Shown: piece after piece, positions 52,110 to 63,392 of the stretch
Position numbering within the stretch: position 1 is the stretch's first letter
Layout of the letters: each line of letters starts with the position of its first letter
NCBI GenBank assembly: GCA_963810925.1
Contig: CAWEPF010000007.1
Span: 13,250-77,249, forward strand
Reading direction: 5' to 3'
Source of the DNA: an uncultured Chloroflexia bacterium
Lineage (GTDB): Bacteria; Chloroflexota; Limnocylindria; QHBO01
DNA length: 64,000 nt
Program-made: the position numbers and the translations under genes
The notes under the pieces: model-generated
What the model was told of the DNA's origin: nothing
Seen by the model: the letters and a program-made list of their open reading frames with translations, nothing else
The model's database searches: none

Positions 52110-53258
52110 GTGAACATCTCCGTCATGCAGGAAAACCTTGCCCGTGGCCTGGGCATGGTCAGCCGCGCCGTGGCCACGCGGGCCACCCTGCCGGTCCTCG
52201 CCAACGTCCTGATGCGCACCGAGGATGGGGGTATCAAGCTCACGGCCACCAACCTCGAGATCGGGATCACGTGCTGGGTACCGGGCAAGGTCGAGGATCC
52301 GGGCGAGATCACGGTGCCGGCCCGCCTCATCACCGACCTGGTCAGCTCGCTTCCCCCGGGGAAGATCGATCTCGAGCTGTCGGCCAAGGACCGGAGTCTC
52401 AAGGTCAGCTCGGGCGGAAGCCGCGCCTCGATCAAGGGCATCGAGGCCGACGAGTTCCCGGTCGTGGGTGGCATCGGAGACGCGCCCGTAACGGCGGTTC
52501 AGGCGCGCGTCCTGCGTGAAGCGCTGGGCGAGGTGGTCTTCGCCGCTGCCAGCGACGAGTCACGACCCATCCTGACCGGCGTCCTGACCCGGCTGGAAGG
52601 CGACACGATGACCCTGGCGGCGGCCGACAACTACCGGATCGCGGTCCGCGAGCTCACCCTGGCCCGCCCGGTGTCCGCCGAGATCACGGTCGTCGTTCCG
52701 GGGCGCAGCTATGCCGAGCTGGTCCGGATCCTGCCCGACGCGGACACCGAGGTCGAGGTCACGATCACGCCCAACAAGAGCCAGATCCTGTTCCACGTCG
52801 AGGGCGTGGACCTGGTGAGCCGCCTGATCGAGGGCCAGTTCCCGAACTACGAGCCCATCGTCCCGCGCAAGGACGCGTGGACCGCGCGCGCCACGCTGGA
52901 CCGCGAGGACTTCCTGGCCGGCACCCGGCGGGCCAGCTTCTTCGCCCGCGACTCGGCCAACATCGTGAAGGTCGAGGTCGGCGGCGAGGACGGCGATGGG
53001 GCGGGCGTCACGATCAGCGCCCACGCGGCCGACATCGGTGACAACGCCGATGCGCTCGAGGCCCAGGTGGAGGGCACGGCCACGACGATTGCCTTCAACG
53101 CCCGCTACCTGACCGATGTGCTCGGCGCCCTGGGCTCCGAGCGGGTCGTGCTCGAGCTCTCCGGGCCGCTGGCCCCCGGCGTCATCCGAGGCACGGATGG
53201 CACCGCGGTGAAGGACGACTACGTCCACGTGATCATGCCCGTCCGCACCGCGTCCTGA
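52110..53258 (+). CDS. dnaN: DNA polymerase III beta sliding clamp
   Basis: ATNLE, DESRPILTG, SRLIEGQFPNY, VIMPVR. Confidence 0.98.
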   Translation: MNISVMQENLARGLGMVSRAVATRATLPVLANVLMRTEDGGIKLTATNLEIGITCWVPGKVEDPGEITVPARLITDLVSSLPPGKIDLELSAKDRSLKVSSGGSRASIKGIEADEFPVVGGIGDAPVTAVQARVLREALGEVVFAAASDESRPILTGVLTRLEGDTMTLAAADNYRIAVRELTLARPVSAEITVVVPGRSYAELVRILPDADTEVEVTITPNKSQILFHVEGVDLVSRLIEGQFPNYEPIVPRKDAWTARATLDREDFLAGTRRASFFARDSANIVKVEVGGEDGDGAGVTISAHAADIGDNADALEAQVEGTATTIAFNARYLTDVLGALGSERVVLELSGPLAPGVIRGTDGTAVKDDYVHVIMPVRTAS

Positions 53259-53265
53259 CCTTGAT

Positions 53266-54468
53266 GTGCGTCTCGTCCGCCTCGAGCTCGATCACTTCCG
53301 GAGCTACCCCTACGCGGAGCTCGAGCCCGATCCTGGGCTGACCCTCATCGCCGGGCCAAACGGGGCCGGCAAGACGAACCTGCTGGAGTCCATCTGGGTG
53401 GCCGTGTCCGGCCGTTCCCATCGGGCGGCGACCGACGTGGAGCTCGTGACCCGCGGGGCGCCGCTGGCCCGGGTCCGGCTGGACGTGGGTCCGGAGGATC
53501 GGGCTGTCGGCGCGGACCCGGTCGAGAGCCGCCTCGAGCTCGTCATCCCCGGAGAGGAGCCGCTCCCCGGGGTGCGGCGACGGCTCACCGTGAATGGCGT
53601 TTCCCGTCGACAGGCAACCCTGCCGGAGGTCGTCCGGGCGGTGCTCTTCCGTCCGGAGGAGATGCTCCTGCTGGTGGGCACGCCGTCGGAGCGGCGGCGG
53701 TTCCTGGACGCGATCCTGGCCCAGCGCTCGCGGGGCGTGGCCCAGGACCTGGCGGACCTGGCCCGGGTGCTGGCCCAGCGCAACGCGCTGCTCCGCGCGA
53801 TCCGGGCCGAGGAGGCCGACGAGACGGGGCTGGCGGCCTGGGACGAGCACCTGGCGGTCACCGGCGGACGGGTCCTCGCCGCCCGGTTGGACCTGGTGGC
53901 CGAGTTGGGCCTGCGCATCGGTCCGTTGCACGACGCGGTGGCGCCCGATGACGAGCGGGGCCAGGAGGTGGGCCTCGCCTACGTCGACACCCTGAAGGAC
54001 GCCTGGCCGGGGCGGACCGACGCCCTCGCCGACCCCGAGGCCCGCCACCCGGACCTCCTGGCCGCTGCGCTCCGACGCCGCCTGGCCGAGGTCCGCCAGA
54101 AGGAGATCTGGAACGGGATGTCGCTGGTGGGCCCCCAGCGGGACGACCTGGCGGTGACGCTCGGTGAGGTCCCGGTGGCGGCCCACGCCAGCCGTGGCCA
54201 GCAGCGGACGATCATCGTGGCCCTCAAGCTGGCCGAGACCGATCTGCTGGCGGAGTCCGGCGGCCCCTCGCCCATCGTCCTGCTGGACGACGTGTTCAGC
54301 GAGCTCGACCCGGAGCGCTCTGAGCGGGCGCTGGACCTGCTCCGTCAGCGCGGCCAGGTGCTGGTCACGATCACGGACCCGGGCCTGCTCCCCGCCCGCC
54401 ACCGCCACCGGGTTCCCATCTGGACCGTGGGGGACGGCCAGCTGGCCCGCGCCTCGCGCGTGGCCTAG
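53266..54468 (+). CDS. recF: DNA replication/repair protein RecF
   Basis: FRSY, GPNGAGKTNLLE, ASRGQQR, LLDDVFSELD. Confidence 0.97.
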   Translation: MRLVRLELDHFRSYPYAELEPDPGLTLIAGPNGAGKTNLLESIWVAVSGRSHRAATDVELVTRGAPLARVRLDVGPEDRAVGADPVESRLELVIPGEEPLPGVRRRLTVNGVSRRQATLPEVVRAVLFRPEEMLLLVGTPSERRRFLDAILAQRSRGVAQDLADLARVLAQRNALLRAIRAEEADETGLAAWDEHLAVTGGRVLAARLDLVAELGLRIGPLHDAVAPDDERGQEVGLAYVDTLKDAWPGRTDALADPEARHPDLLAAALRRRLAEVRQKEIWNGMSLVGPQRDDLAVTLGEVPVAAHASRGQQRTIIVALKLAETDLLAESGGPSPIVLLDDVFSELDPERSERALDLLRQRGQVLVTITDPGLLPARHRHRVPIWTVGDGQLARASRVA

Positions 54469-54480
54469 CCAACCAGACCG

Positions 54481-54846
54481 ATGGGCACCGTCGCGAGCAC
54501 CGAGGAAGCCATCAGCGCGGTTCAGCGAGCGCTGCTCCAGTGCGTGGGCCCGGGGGCGGCCGAGCAGCTGGCGCTCGCCCAGGCTCGCGTGGCCTGGCAG
54601 GAAGTGGTCGCCGATCTCGGCCTGGCCCCGGCCGGGATGTGGAGCCGCCTGGTGACCGTTCAGAACGGGACGGCCACCGTGGTCGCCTCGGAGCCGATCC
54701 TGGCCGGTGAGCTGAACCTGCGTGGCCCGGCACTGGTCCAGGCCGTGAACGAGCGGCAGCGCGGGCGACCAGGCGCTCATCACCAGCTGCGGAGCCTGAC
54801 CGTCAGCGTCCGGCCCGGCGAGGCGCCACCAGCGGAGGCACCGTGA
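54481..54846 (+). CDS. dciA: DciA/DUF721 helicase-loading protein
   Basis: Position after recF; W.EVV...G...V......A.EL......L...VN pattern. Confidence 0.7.
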   Translation: MGTVASTEEAISAVQRALLQCVGPGAAEQLALAQARVAWQEVVADLGLAPAGMWSRLVTVQNGTATVVASEPILAGELNLRGPALVQAVNERQRGRPGAHHQLRSLTVSVRPGEAPPAEAP

Positions 54847-57061
54847 GCCAGCGCCTGGCCGCCCGACACGGCCTCGTCCCCCAGGCGGAGCGCGCGCCCG
54901 ACGCCACCGACCTGGTCCGCGTCAACGAGCCCACGGTCGGCGCCCCGGTCCGGACCAAGGGCAGCCTGTACCTGCTCGCCCAGCTGACCGATCCGACCAG
55001 CGGCACGATCCGCGCCGCCCGCGAGACGCTCGAGGCCATCGAGCACGAGTACTACTACGACCTCTCGGCCGGCCCGCAGGACACCCTGGCCCGGGCCCTG
55101 GCCCAGGCCAATCGGCGCCTGTACCACGGGCGCGGACGGGCCGGCCTGACCAAGGGGGCGCAGCTCAGCATCGTGGCGGCGGTCATCCGGACCGGGGAGC
55201 TGCACGTGGCCAAGATCGGCCCGGCAGGGGCGATCATCGTGCGCGGAGACCGGATCTTCGAGCTGCCGCCGCCGCTTCCCGTCCCGGCGGACGACTTTGG
55301 TCCCGACCGGCGGGTGGCCACCTCCCTCGGGGAGGCGCTCGAGGTCGATCCCGTGACCTGGTCCGGCGAGCTGGCCGGCGGCGACCGGGTGGCGCTCATC
55401 AGCCGAAACCTGGCCGAGGTGGTGGGGGCCGAGGACACGCGTGCCGCACTGCTCGCCGACCGACCGGGCGCGGCGGCGGAGCGCATCCACGAGCTGTTCC
55501 GGGAGCGCGGAGGCACCGGTTCCGACGGGCTGATCGCCATCGAGCTGACGGCGATCGGTCTGACTACCACCACCCATCGGCTGGAGCCGGTGCGTGCGGC
55601 CGACCCCCTGGCCGGCCTCCCGGACCGCAGCCCCGTCCCCGGGGCGGACGCGGTGGGCGGCGCCATCCGCCGAGCGGATCGAGCGGTGGACAGCGCCCAG
55701 ACCCGGGTCGGCAACTCGCTGGACCTCGCGGTGAGCCGCGTCATGTCGTACATGCCGCGGCGGCGGGTGAACTACCCCCGACGGGTGGTGCGCACGGAAG
55801 CGGTCGAGGCCCGCCGAAGACGCCGGATCGGGATCCTGGGCATGGTCGCGCTGGCCGCCACCCTGGCCGTGGGGGTCACCGTGGCGAGCTACCCCTCGCT
55901 GGACCCCACCCAGGCCATTCCGCGCCTCGCCGTGGCCCGTGAGGCGGTGGCGGAGGCAGAGGATCGGATCGCGACCGTGGAGGCCCGGGTGGACGGCCAG
56001 GACCTGGTCGACCGCGACCCTGAGCAGGCCAGGGACCTCCTGTCCGAAGCGGCGGTGGCGCTGGACCGGGCAGAAGCGGCCGGGGTCAGCCCATCGGCCC
56101 TGGAGCCGCTTCGCATCCGGCTGGACGGGCGGCTGGACGCCATCTACGCCGTGACCCGCATTCGCGAGCTGACGACGGTTGCGGACCTGGCGTCGTCCTT
56201 CACCGGGGTCAACGCGGAGCGGATGGTGGCCGCATCGGACGGCTCGCTCTGGATCCTGGATGGTGGCCGGGGCCGCATCTTCCGGGTTGACCCCCTGGCC
56301 GGCACGAGCGAGGCGGTGTACCGCGCCGGCCAGCAGCTGGAAGGGGGCATGGCCGGCGACCCGTGGCTGCTGGCCACTGCCGCCACGGACGTGGTCATCG
56401 TCGATCGCGACCACCAGGCCTGGCGCGCGGACCTGGTGGAGCGGATCCCGCGTCTCATGCCGCTGGCGGGGATCGAGACCCTGGATCCGGCCAGCACCCT
56501 GATGACCGCCCTCCAGCACCGCCCGCCGCTCGAGATCTTCACCCTGTACGCGGTGGATCACGCGACCAGTGACGTCTGGAAGTGGACCCCGCCGGCCGTC
56601 ATCCCGGTCACGTTCCCGGACCCCGCCGAGTCGTTCCTCACCGACCCGCCGGACCTCGACCCGGCGGCCGCCACCGACCTCCACGCCGACGCCAACCTGT
56701 GGCTCCTGCACCGCACGACCGTGACCCGGGTCAACTTCGGGACCCCGGTCCCGCAGACCGACTTCTCGCTGGACCGACCGCCGGACGCCGCCGTCCGTGA
56801 GCCGCTGGACTACGCCTGGTTGACGCCGCCACCATCGGCGACCGCGACGAGTTCTTCGTGTACGACCGCGGCAATGCCCGGATCATCGCCTTCAACCGCG
56901 CCGACGGCTCCTTCGTCCGCCAGTGGATGGCGCCGCGGCGCGGAGACTCGGCCGACATCCTGGACGAGGTGGTCGGGATGGCCGTCCTGTCCACCCCCGA
57001 CGGCCCGCCGGTCGCCTACCTGGCCACCCCGGATCGGGTCATCCGCGTCGTCCTCGAGTAG
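54843..57061 (+). CDS. Membrane protein: degenerate PP2C-like domain, TM, probable beta-propeller; one base missing near 56822
   Basis: PP2C-like motif order; TM after RRRR; repeated strands LWILD..GRIFRV, LWLL, FFVYDRGNARII. Confidence 0.75.
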
Positions 57062-57081
57062 CAGACACTAGAATCGCGCCC

Positions 57082-57606
57082 GTGACCCAGCTGATCGAGA
57101 TGGTCGTCGAGAGCGTGCGCGTCCACGTTCTGTCGAGTCAGCACGTGGTCATCCTCAAGGAGACCGAGCGAGACCGATACCTGCCCATCTGGATCGGTCC
57201 ATCGGAGGCGAACGCCATCGCGATGCGCCTGCAGGGGATCAGCGCCGAGCGGCCCCTGACCCACGACCTGCTGGTATCGGTGCTGGGAGCCGTGCACGGC
57301 AACCTGAGCCGAGTGGTTGTCACCCACGTGAGCGACGGGACGTTCCACGCTCGCCTGTACCTCGAGACGGCCGAGGGCGGCGAGACGGAGATCGACTCGC
57401 GGACGTCCGATGCCATCGCGGTGGCCATACGGACCGGCTCCACGATCTACGTCGACGAGCGCGTCCTGGACGAGGCCGGGGTCGAGCCCGAGTCCAACGG
57501 GGAGCTGGGCGGCGAGGACGACGAGAAGCTGGCCGTGTTCCGGGACTTCGTGAACTCGCTCGACGTGGACCTGGGTCCCACCGAGGGCCGTCCGCCGGCC
57601 GAATAG
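57082..57606 (+). CDS. Bifunctional nuclease family protein (DUF151)
   Basis: LPIWIG..EA.AI, RPLTHDL, IDSR.SDAIA.A. Confidence 0.95.
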   Translation: MTQLIEMVVESVRVHVLSSQHVVILKETERDRYLPIWIGPSEANAIAMRLQGISAERPLTHDLLVSVLGAVHGNLSRVVVTHVSDGTFHARLYLETAEGGETEIDSRTSDAIAVAIRTGSTIYVDERVLDEAGVEPESNGELGGEDDEKLAVFRDFVNSLDVDLGPTEGRPPAE

Positions 57607-57611
57607 GCGCA

Positions 57612-57641
57612 GCCGAGCGGCCGAGCGGCCGAGAGCGGCCG
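57612..57641. repeat. Short tandem repeat (GCCGAGCG) x about 3.5
   Basis: Between convergent stop codons. Confidence 0.6.
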
Positions 57642-57644
57642 TGG

Positions 57645-58391
57645 CTACTTGGCGGAGAGCGTCCGCTCCCGGTCGGTCCACAGGGCCCAGCGGAGCCGGA
57701 AGATGTCCCGGAACGTCCGCAGGATCTTCGTGAAGCTGGCCCCGGTGTTCGTGCCCGCCGTGCGCGGGTAGTGGGTGACGCCCACCTGGTCCATCTTCGC
57801 GCCCCGCGCGTTGAGCTTGATGAGCAGCTCCGCCGACAGGAACGGACCTTCCGAGTCCAGGCGCAGGCCCGAGAAGACCTGGCGCCGGAACACCTTCATG
57901 GCGCAGTCGATGTCGCGCACCCGCAGGCCGAACAGGACCGACACGATGGCGTTGTACGTCTTGGCGATGACCAGCCGATGGGCGGGGTCCATCCGCTTGA
58001 TCCGGTAGCCGATGACCGCGTCCACGGGGCGCGTCGGGTCGTTGAGCCGATCGAGCAGCCGTGACAGCTCGGCCAGGTCGAACTGGAGGTCGCCGTCGGA
58101 GAAGGCGATGAGGTTGCCGCGTGCGTTCGAGAAGCCAGCCTTCAGGGCGCCGCCATACCCGCGATTCTCCTGGTGGACCACGCGCACGCGCGAATCAGCC
58201 GCCGCCAGGGCATCGGCCAGTTCCGGCGTACGATCGGTGGAGCCGTCATCGATCGCGAGCACCTCCAGCGAGGGGACCAGCGGACCGATGTGCTCCAGGG
58301 CCAGGGCGACCGTCCGCTCGATGTTCGGTTCCTCGTTGTAGGCGGGGAAGAAGAACGTCAGCGCGGGGCGGGTCGAGGTCGTCACGTTCAA
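57645..58391 (-). CDS. GT2 glycosyltransferase, polyprenol-phosphate sugar synthase-like
   Basis: PAYNEE, IDDGSTD, NRGYGGA, DGD, DIDC..K. Confidence 0.92.
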   Translation of the reverse strand: MNVTTSTRPALTFFFPAYNEEPNIERTVALALEHIGPLVPSLEVLAIDDGSTDRTPELADALAAADSRVRVVHQENRGYGGALKAGFSNARGNLIAFSDGDLQFDLAELSRLLDRLNDPTRPVDAVIGYRIKRMDPAHRLVIAKTYNAIVSVLFGLRVRDIDCAMKVFRRQVFSGLRLDSEGPFLSAELLIKLNARGAKMDQVGVTHYPRTAGTNTGASFTKILRTFRDIFRLRWALWTDRERTLSAK

Positions 58392-58440
58392 AGGGTGGCG
58401 CGGATGGTAGCCGAAGTGCGGCGCTATACTCACCGCCGCC

Positions 58441-61400
58441 TTGCCGAGCGACACCGGCGGCGGATCACGCCCCGCGCCGCCGACCATGAGAATCTGGGGT
58501 GCCCGGCGCATCGACGCGGTCGGCGCGATGCTCCTTCTTCTGATCGCCGGACTCACGCTGCGCGTCGTCGTGGCGGCGATCCTGCTCCCTGCGAGCGGGT
58601 TCCATACCGACATCAACGCCTTCGCGGCGTGGGCCATGCGCATGGCCGACGTGGGCCCGGGCGACTTCTACGCGCCCGGCTACTTTGCCGACTACCCGCC
58701 GGGCTACATGTACGTGCTCTGGGTTCTGGGCGAGATATCGCGCGCCCTGGAGCCGGTCATCGGTGGGGATGCCATCACCGGGCTCATCAAGATCCCCGGC
58801 ATCCTGGCCGACCTGGGGGTGGCCTGGGTCATCTTCCTCATCGGCTCACGGTTCTTCGGTGATCAGCCCCCGGTCAAGTGGCTGGGCTCGGGCACCCGGA
58901 TCGGTGTCATCGGTGCTGCGCTGTACCTGTTCAACCCCGGGGTCGTCTTCAACTCGGCGGTGTGGGGCCAGATGGACTCGGTGGGGGCCCTGGTCATCCT
59001 GCTGGGCCTGTACGCGCTGGGCCGGGGCTGGACCGAGGCCGCCGGTTTCGCCGCCGTGGTCGCGCTCGTCATCAAGTTCCAGTTCGGCTGGCTGATCCCG
59101 ATCGTGGCGGTGGTGGGCATCAAGCGCCACCTCTTCGGCCGTTCCAGCGACCCGGCCCTGGCCGCCCGCCCGGACCCGGTGCGCGTGCTCAGCTCGCTGG
59201 CGGTGGGCGTGGGGTCGCTGGTGCTCCTCATCTGGCCGTTCGGGATGACGGTTCTGCCCACCGGCGATCCGACCACCGGGCTGATCGACAAGTTCCTGGC
59301 CGCCGCGAACCAGTACCAGGGCCTCTCGATCAACGCCTTCAACGTGTGGCGCAACCCGTGGAGCGGCCTGGGAAACACCCTGGTCTGGGGCGACGACCAG
59401 GGCATCGCGTTCGCCCTGGGCGGTCTGAGTGTGACCTGGGCCATGCTGGGCGTGACCCTGTTCGCGGTGGCCGCGGTCCTGGCGCTGGTGGCCGTCGCCC
59501 GTCGTGACGACATGCAGGGCCTCCTCATGAGCTCGCTGACGATGGCCGTGGCGTTCTTCGCGCTTCCCACCCGGGTCCACGAGCGCTACCTCTTCCCCGC
59601 GCTTGCCCTCCTGGCCCCGCTGGCCGGCAAGGCGGCCCGCTGGGCGGTCCTGTACGCGACCCTGTCCGCCCTGTTCTTCCTGAACATCTACTGGGTCTAC
59701 TCCGCCGATTGGGCCTTCGCCTCGCCCCCGACCATGAATCCGGGGGTCGGCGGCGATGCGTTTGCGCGGGATCCCCTGCTCGCGGCCACGGTCTTCACCG
59801 ACTGGGGCATTTACCTCGTCTCGTTCGCCATCGTCATCGTCCTGGGCTGGGTCATGTGGCTCGCCTTCCGCCGTGAACCGCGCCCCGCCGAAGCCGTCTC
59901 GCCCGACGAACTGGCCGAGGAGCAGGAAGCTGAGCGAGAAGCGGAGGAAGCGGTTGCGGCGGCCAGCGCCGTTCGCGCCGCTCGCGGGCGCGCGGCGCTC
60001 CGGTGGCTGCGCCAGGACCCCGTCTCCGATGCCGAGCGCAACCCGCCGCGCCGCCTGGATCGGCGCGACCTGTGGATCTTCACGGTCATCGTCCTGGTAG
60101 CGCTCGTCTTCCGTCTGTGGCGCCTGGACCTGCCGCGCCAGATGATCTTCGACGAGGTCTGGCACGCCCGCACCGCGGTCGACTTCCTGTCCGACTGGCG
60201 TTGGGGCTGGAAGCGCGACGCCTACGAGTGGACCCACCCCATGCTGGGCAAGTACCTGATCGCGGCCGGCATGGAGCTCGCGAACCCCAACCAGGTCAGC
60301 GGCACCGCGGACCTCGACGCGCCCGCCGGTGGCCCTCACGGTCGCCCCGCAGCGCGCCCAGTCGGGCTGGCCGTCATCGGTCGCGTTCACGTCGGACGGC
60401 ACCCGGAAGATCGTCGCCACCGACCTCCGCTCGGGAGAACGGATCACCGATTGGGATGCGCCGGGGCTGGTGGCCAGCCTGGCCTGGGATCAGGACACCC
60501 GCCGCCTGCTGGCCGGCATGACCGATGACGGCAACATCGCGGCCTGGGACCTGACCGAGTTCCTCAAGGGGAACGGGGAGCGGGCACCGCCCGTCTCGAC
60601 GCCCGGTATCGACACCGGCATGAGCTGGCGTCCTCCAGATGGTCCTGCCGCTGGACGAGTCGGTGATCGTGGTCCGCAGCGCCGACCAGGTGAAGATCTT
60701 CGAGCGCGCGACCGGCGCGGAGATGGCCAACCGCGACATCGCGGTGGACGCCGTGACCTACACGACCGAGGTGACCGGCGACAGCCCGGTCACGGCCCGG
60801 GTCATCGCGCTGGACATGGCGCGCCAGACGATCATGTCGCTGGACGGCACGAGCCTGGAGACGACCTCCACCCAGCGCCCCGAATCCGCGCCCCTCGGGA
60901 TGCTGCTGACCACCGGCCATGGGTCGAACCAGCTGGTGTGGGTGCCGGTCGGGCCGCTCCCGGCGGATGACGAGCACCCGGCGGTCGATGGCGGGATGCT
61001 GATCCTCAAGGGCGGCACGATCATCCCCGACGACACGGTGCCACTCCCCGGCCCCGCGCTGTCCATGGGCTGGGACTCGGTCGCCAACCTCGTCTTCGTG
61101 GCCGGGCCGTCGCAGGTGTGGGCCATCGAGCCCCACGGGGACAGCCGCTCCGGCTACGGGGTCTTCGACGAGACCCCGGTGGAGGGCACGCCAGGCCCCA
61201 TGGCGTTCGACATCAGCGACACCTCCCAGACCGATGACCACGGGACGCTGGTCCTGGCCACCGCCACCGGTGACGCCGGCGCCCTGGTGAGCATCGACGT
61301 CAGCGACAACGCGTACGCCTGGCGCCTCGCGTCCGCCCTGTTCGGGGCGGCGCTGGCCGGGATCGTCTACCTGCTGACCGCCATGCTGTTCCGCCAACGG

Positions 61401-63032
61401 CGGATCGCGGTCCTGGCCGGGCTGTTCATTGCGTTCGACCTGATGGCCTTCGCCATGAGCCGGATCGCCATGAACGACATGTTCGCCGCGGTCTTCATCA
61501 TGGCCGCGTACGCCCTGTTCTGGCCGATCTACGGCGGGCGCTGGCTGCGCAGCGCGTGGTGGGTGCTCCCCATGGTGGGGGTCATGATCGGTCTCGCCGC
61601 GGCGTCCAAGTGGGTGGGCTGGTACGCCCTGTACGGCCTGTGGTTCCTCGTCCTGCTGCGCTCGCAGCTGGGCCGATTCGTGCTCATCGGTGCCACCGGC
61701 TTCGCCGCGGTGGCGGTGGGGATCGGTGCCCCCTGGCCGTTCACCCTGGTGGCCTTCGCGACCCTGGCCATCGGCCTGGCGATCGCGTGGGTCAAGCCAG
61801 TGCGCCTGACGACGGGCGAGCTGATGGCCCTCCCCGCCACGGCGCTCGTCGTTGGCGCCATCGGTCTGGCCTTCGCCGTCGCGTGGCCCACCATCGAAGG
61901 TGCGCGCGAACCCCACAGCCTGATCGAGCTGGCCTTCTCGCTCCTGTTCCGCGGCCTCCAGGCCGGCTGGCCCGCGGTCGTGGCCCTGGGCATCACCGCC
62001 GTCCTGCTCCTGTGGCGTGCCATCCGGAGCCTGTGGAAACGGGGGAGCGACGCACGCTGGTTCGCGCCGGCCGAGATGACCGGCTTCGCGTGGCCGTGGA
62101 TCTTCGCGTGCCTGTTCATCGTTCCGACCGCGGTCTACGTGGCGACCTACATCCCGTGGCTGGCGCTGGGCCACACCTTTGCCATCGCCGACGTGGGGCC
62201 CGGCTACGGGTGGTCACTCGATGAGCTCCACGCCCAGATGTACAGCTACCACTTCGGGCTGCAGGCCGGGCATCCCGCGTCCTCGCCGTGGTGGAGCTGG
62301 CCGCTGGACCTCAAGCCGGTCTGGTTCTACAGCCACTCGTTCGACTTCAACCAGATCGCGGTCGTCTACAACGGCGGCAACCCGGCGCTCTTCTGGGCCA
62401 GCGTGCCGGCCATCCTGGTGTCCCTGTTCCTGGCCTGGCGCCGCCGCTCGTGGGCGTTGCTCCTGATCACGATGGCCTTCGCCTTCCAGTTCGTGCCCTG
62501 GATGCGGGTCGAGCGCGCGACGTTCCAGTACCACTACCTGACCGCGGTGATGTTCGCGTTCATCGCCGTCGCGTACCTGCTGGACGAGATCCTCCGCGAC
62601 CGCACCCTGCGCGACTACGGGATCGCCTTCCTGGTGGCGGCCGGGGTGCTGGGCCTGATGATCTACCCGCTCAACTCGGCGCTGGCCATGCCCGACTGGT
62701 ACATCAACGCCGCCCGCGCGCTGCCGCCGTGGAACTACGCATTCCAGTTCCCCGGCCCGCCGCAGGGCGAGCGCCCGCCGCTCATCAGCAACGACCCCAT
62801 CGTCCTGATGGTGGCTACCGCGCTCTCGGTGGGATCGGCCGCGTTCGCCTCGTTCGGGCGTGACCTGCTGGGCCGGCCCGAGCCCGCGTCAGCCGGGGCG
62901 GCGGACGGCGGCGAGGAGGATGATCACCCCGATCACGACCAGCCCGATCGGCCACAGGAGCCCCCAGTTGAACCCGGGGATGAACTCCCGGGCGAGGGCC
63001 CAGCCGCCGATCAGGATGAGGATCGCGCCTAG
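58441..63032 (+). CDS. Fused GT-C glycosyltransferase plus protein O-mannosyltransferase (GT39) with beta-rich insert; two extra bases near 60327 and 60625
   Basis: DYPPGY, WGQMDS, HERY; FDEV, HPMLGK, SRIAMND, SKW, HP.SS.WWSWPL, FQYHY across three frames. Confidence 0.82.
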
Positions 63033-63392
63033 GATCACCCGCCCGCTGGGCCCGTTGTGCGAGACCGATGAGGGCGTCCACGACGGAGGCGGTACCGATG
63101 CGCCTGCGGCGGCTCCACTCGCGGCCGCGTCTCCGCTGGTCGCGGCGTCTCCCGATGGCGCCTGGCCCGGGACCGACGCGGTGCCCACGATCGTGTCCGG
63201 ATCCCACGGCTCCTCGGGCACCACGGCCCACATGACGAGGTAGGCGATCAGGAACGCGCCGCCCGTGAAGATCGCGAGGAGGACCCACAGGACGCGCGCG
63301 ATGGACGGATCGATGTCGAAGTACTCCGCGGTCCCGGCCGCGACACCACCGATCCGACGATCCTGAACTGACCGATACAGCCGCCTGCTCAT
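62889..63392 (-). CDS. PspC domain protein with C-terminal LiaF/DUF5668-like TM hairpin
   Basis: RLYRS..DR.IGGV.AG.AEYF.IDP; G.ILILIG...LWP. Confidence 0.92.
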   Translation of the reverse strand: MSRRLYRSVQDRRIGGVAAGTAEYFDIDPSIARVLWVLLAIFTGGAFLIAYLVMWAVVPEEPWDPDTIVGTASVPGQAPSGDAATSGDAAASGAAAGASVPPPSWTPSSVSHNGPSGRVILGAILILIGGWALAREFIPGFNWGLLWPIGLVVIGVIILLAAVRRPG

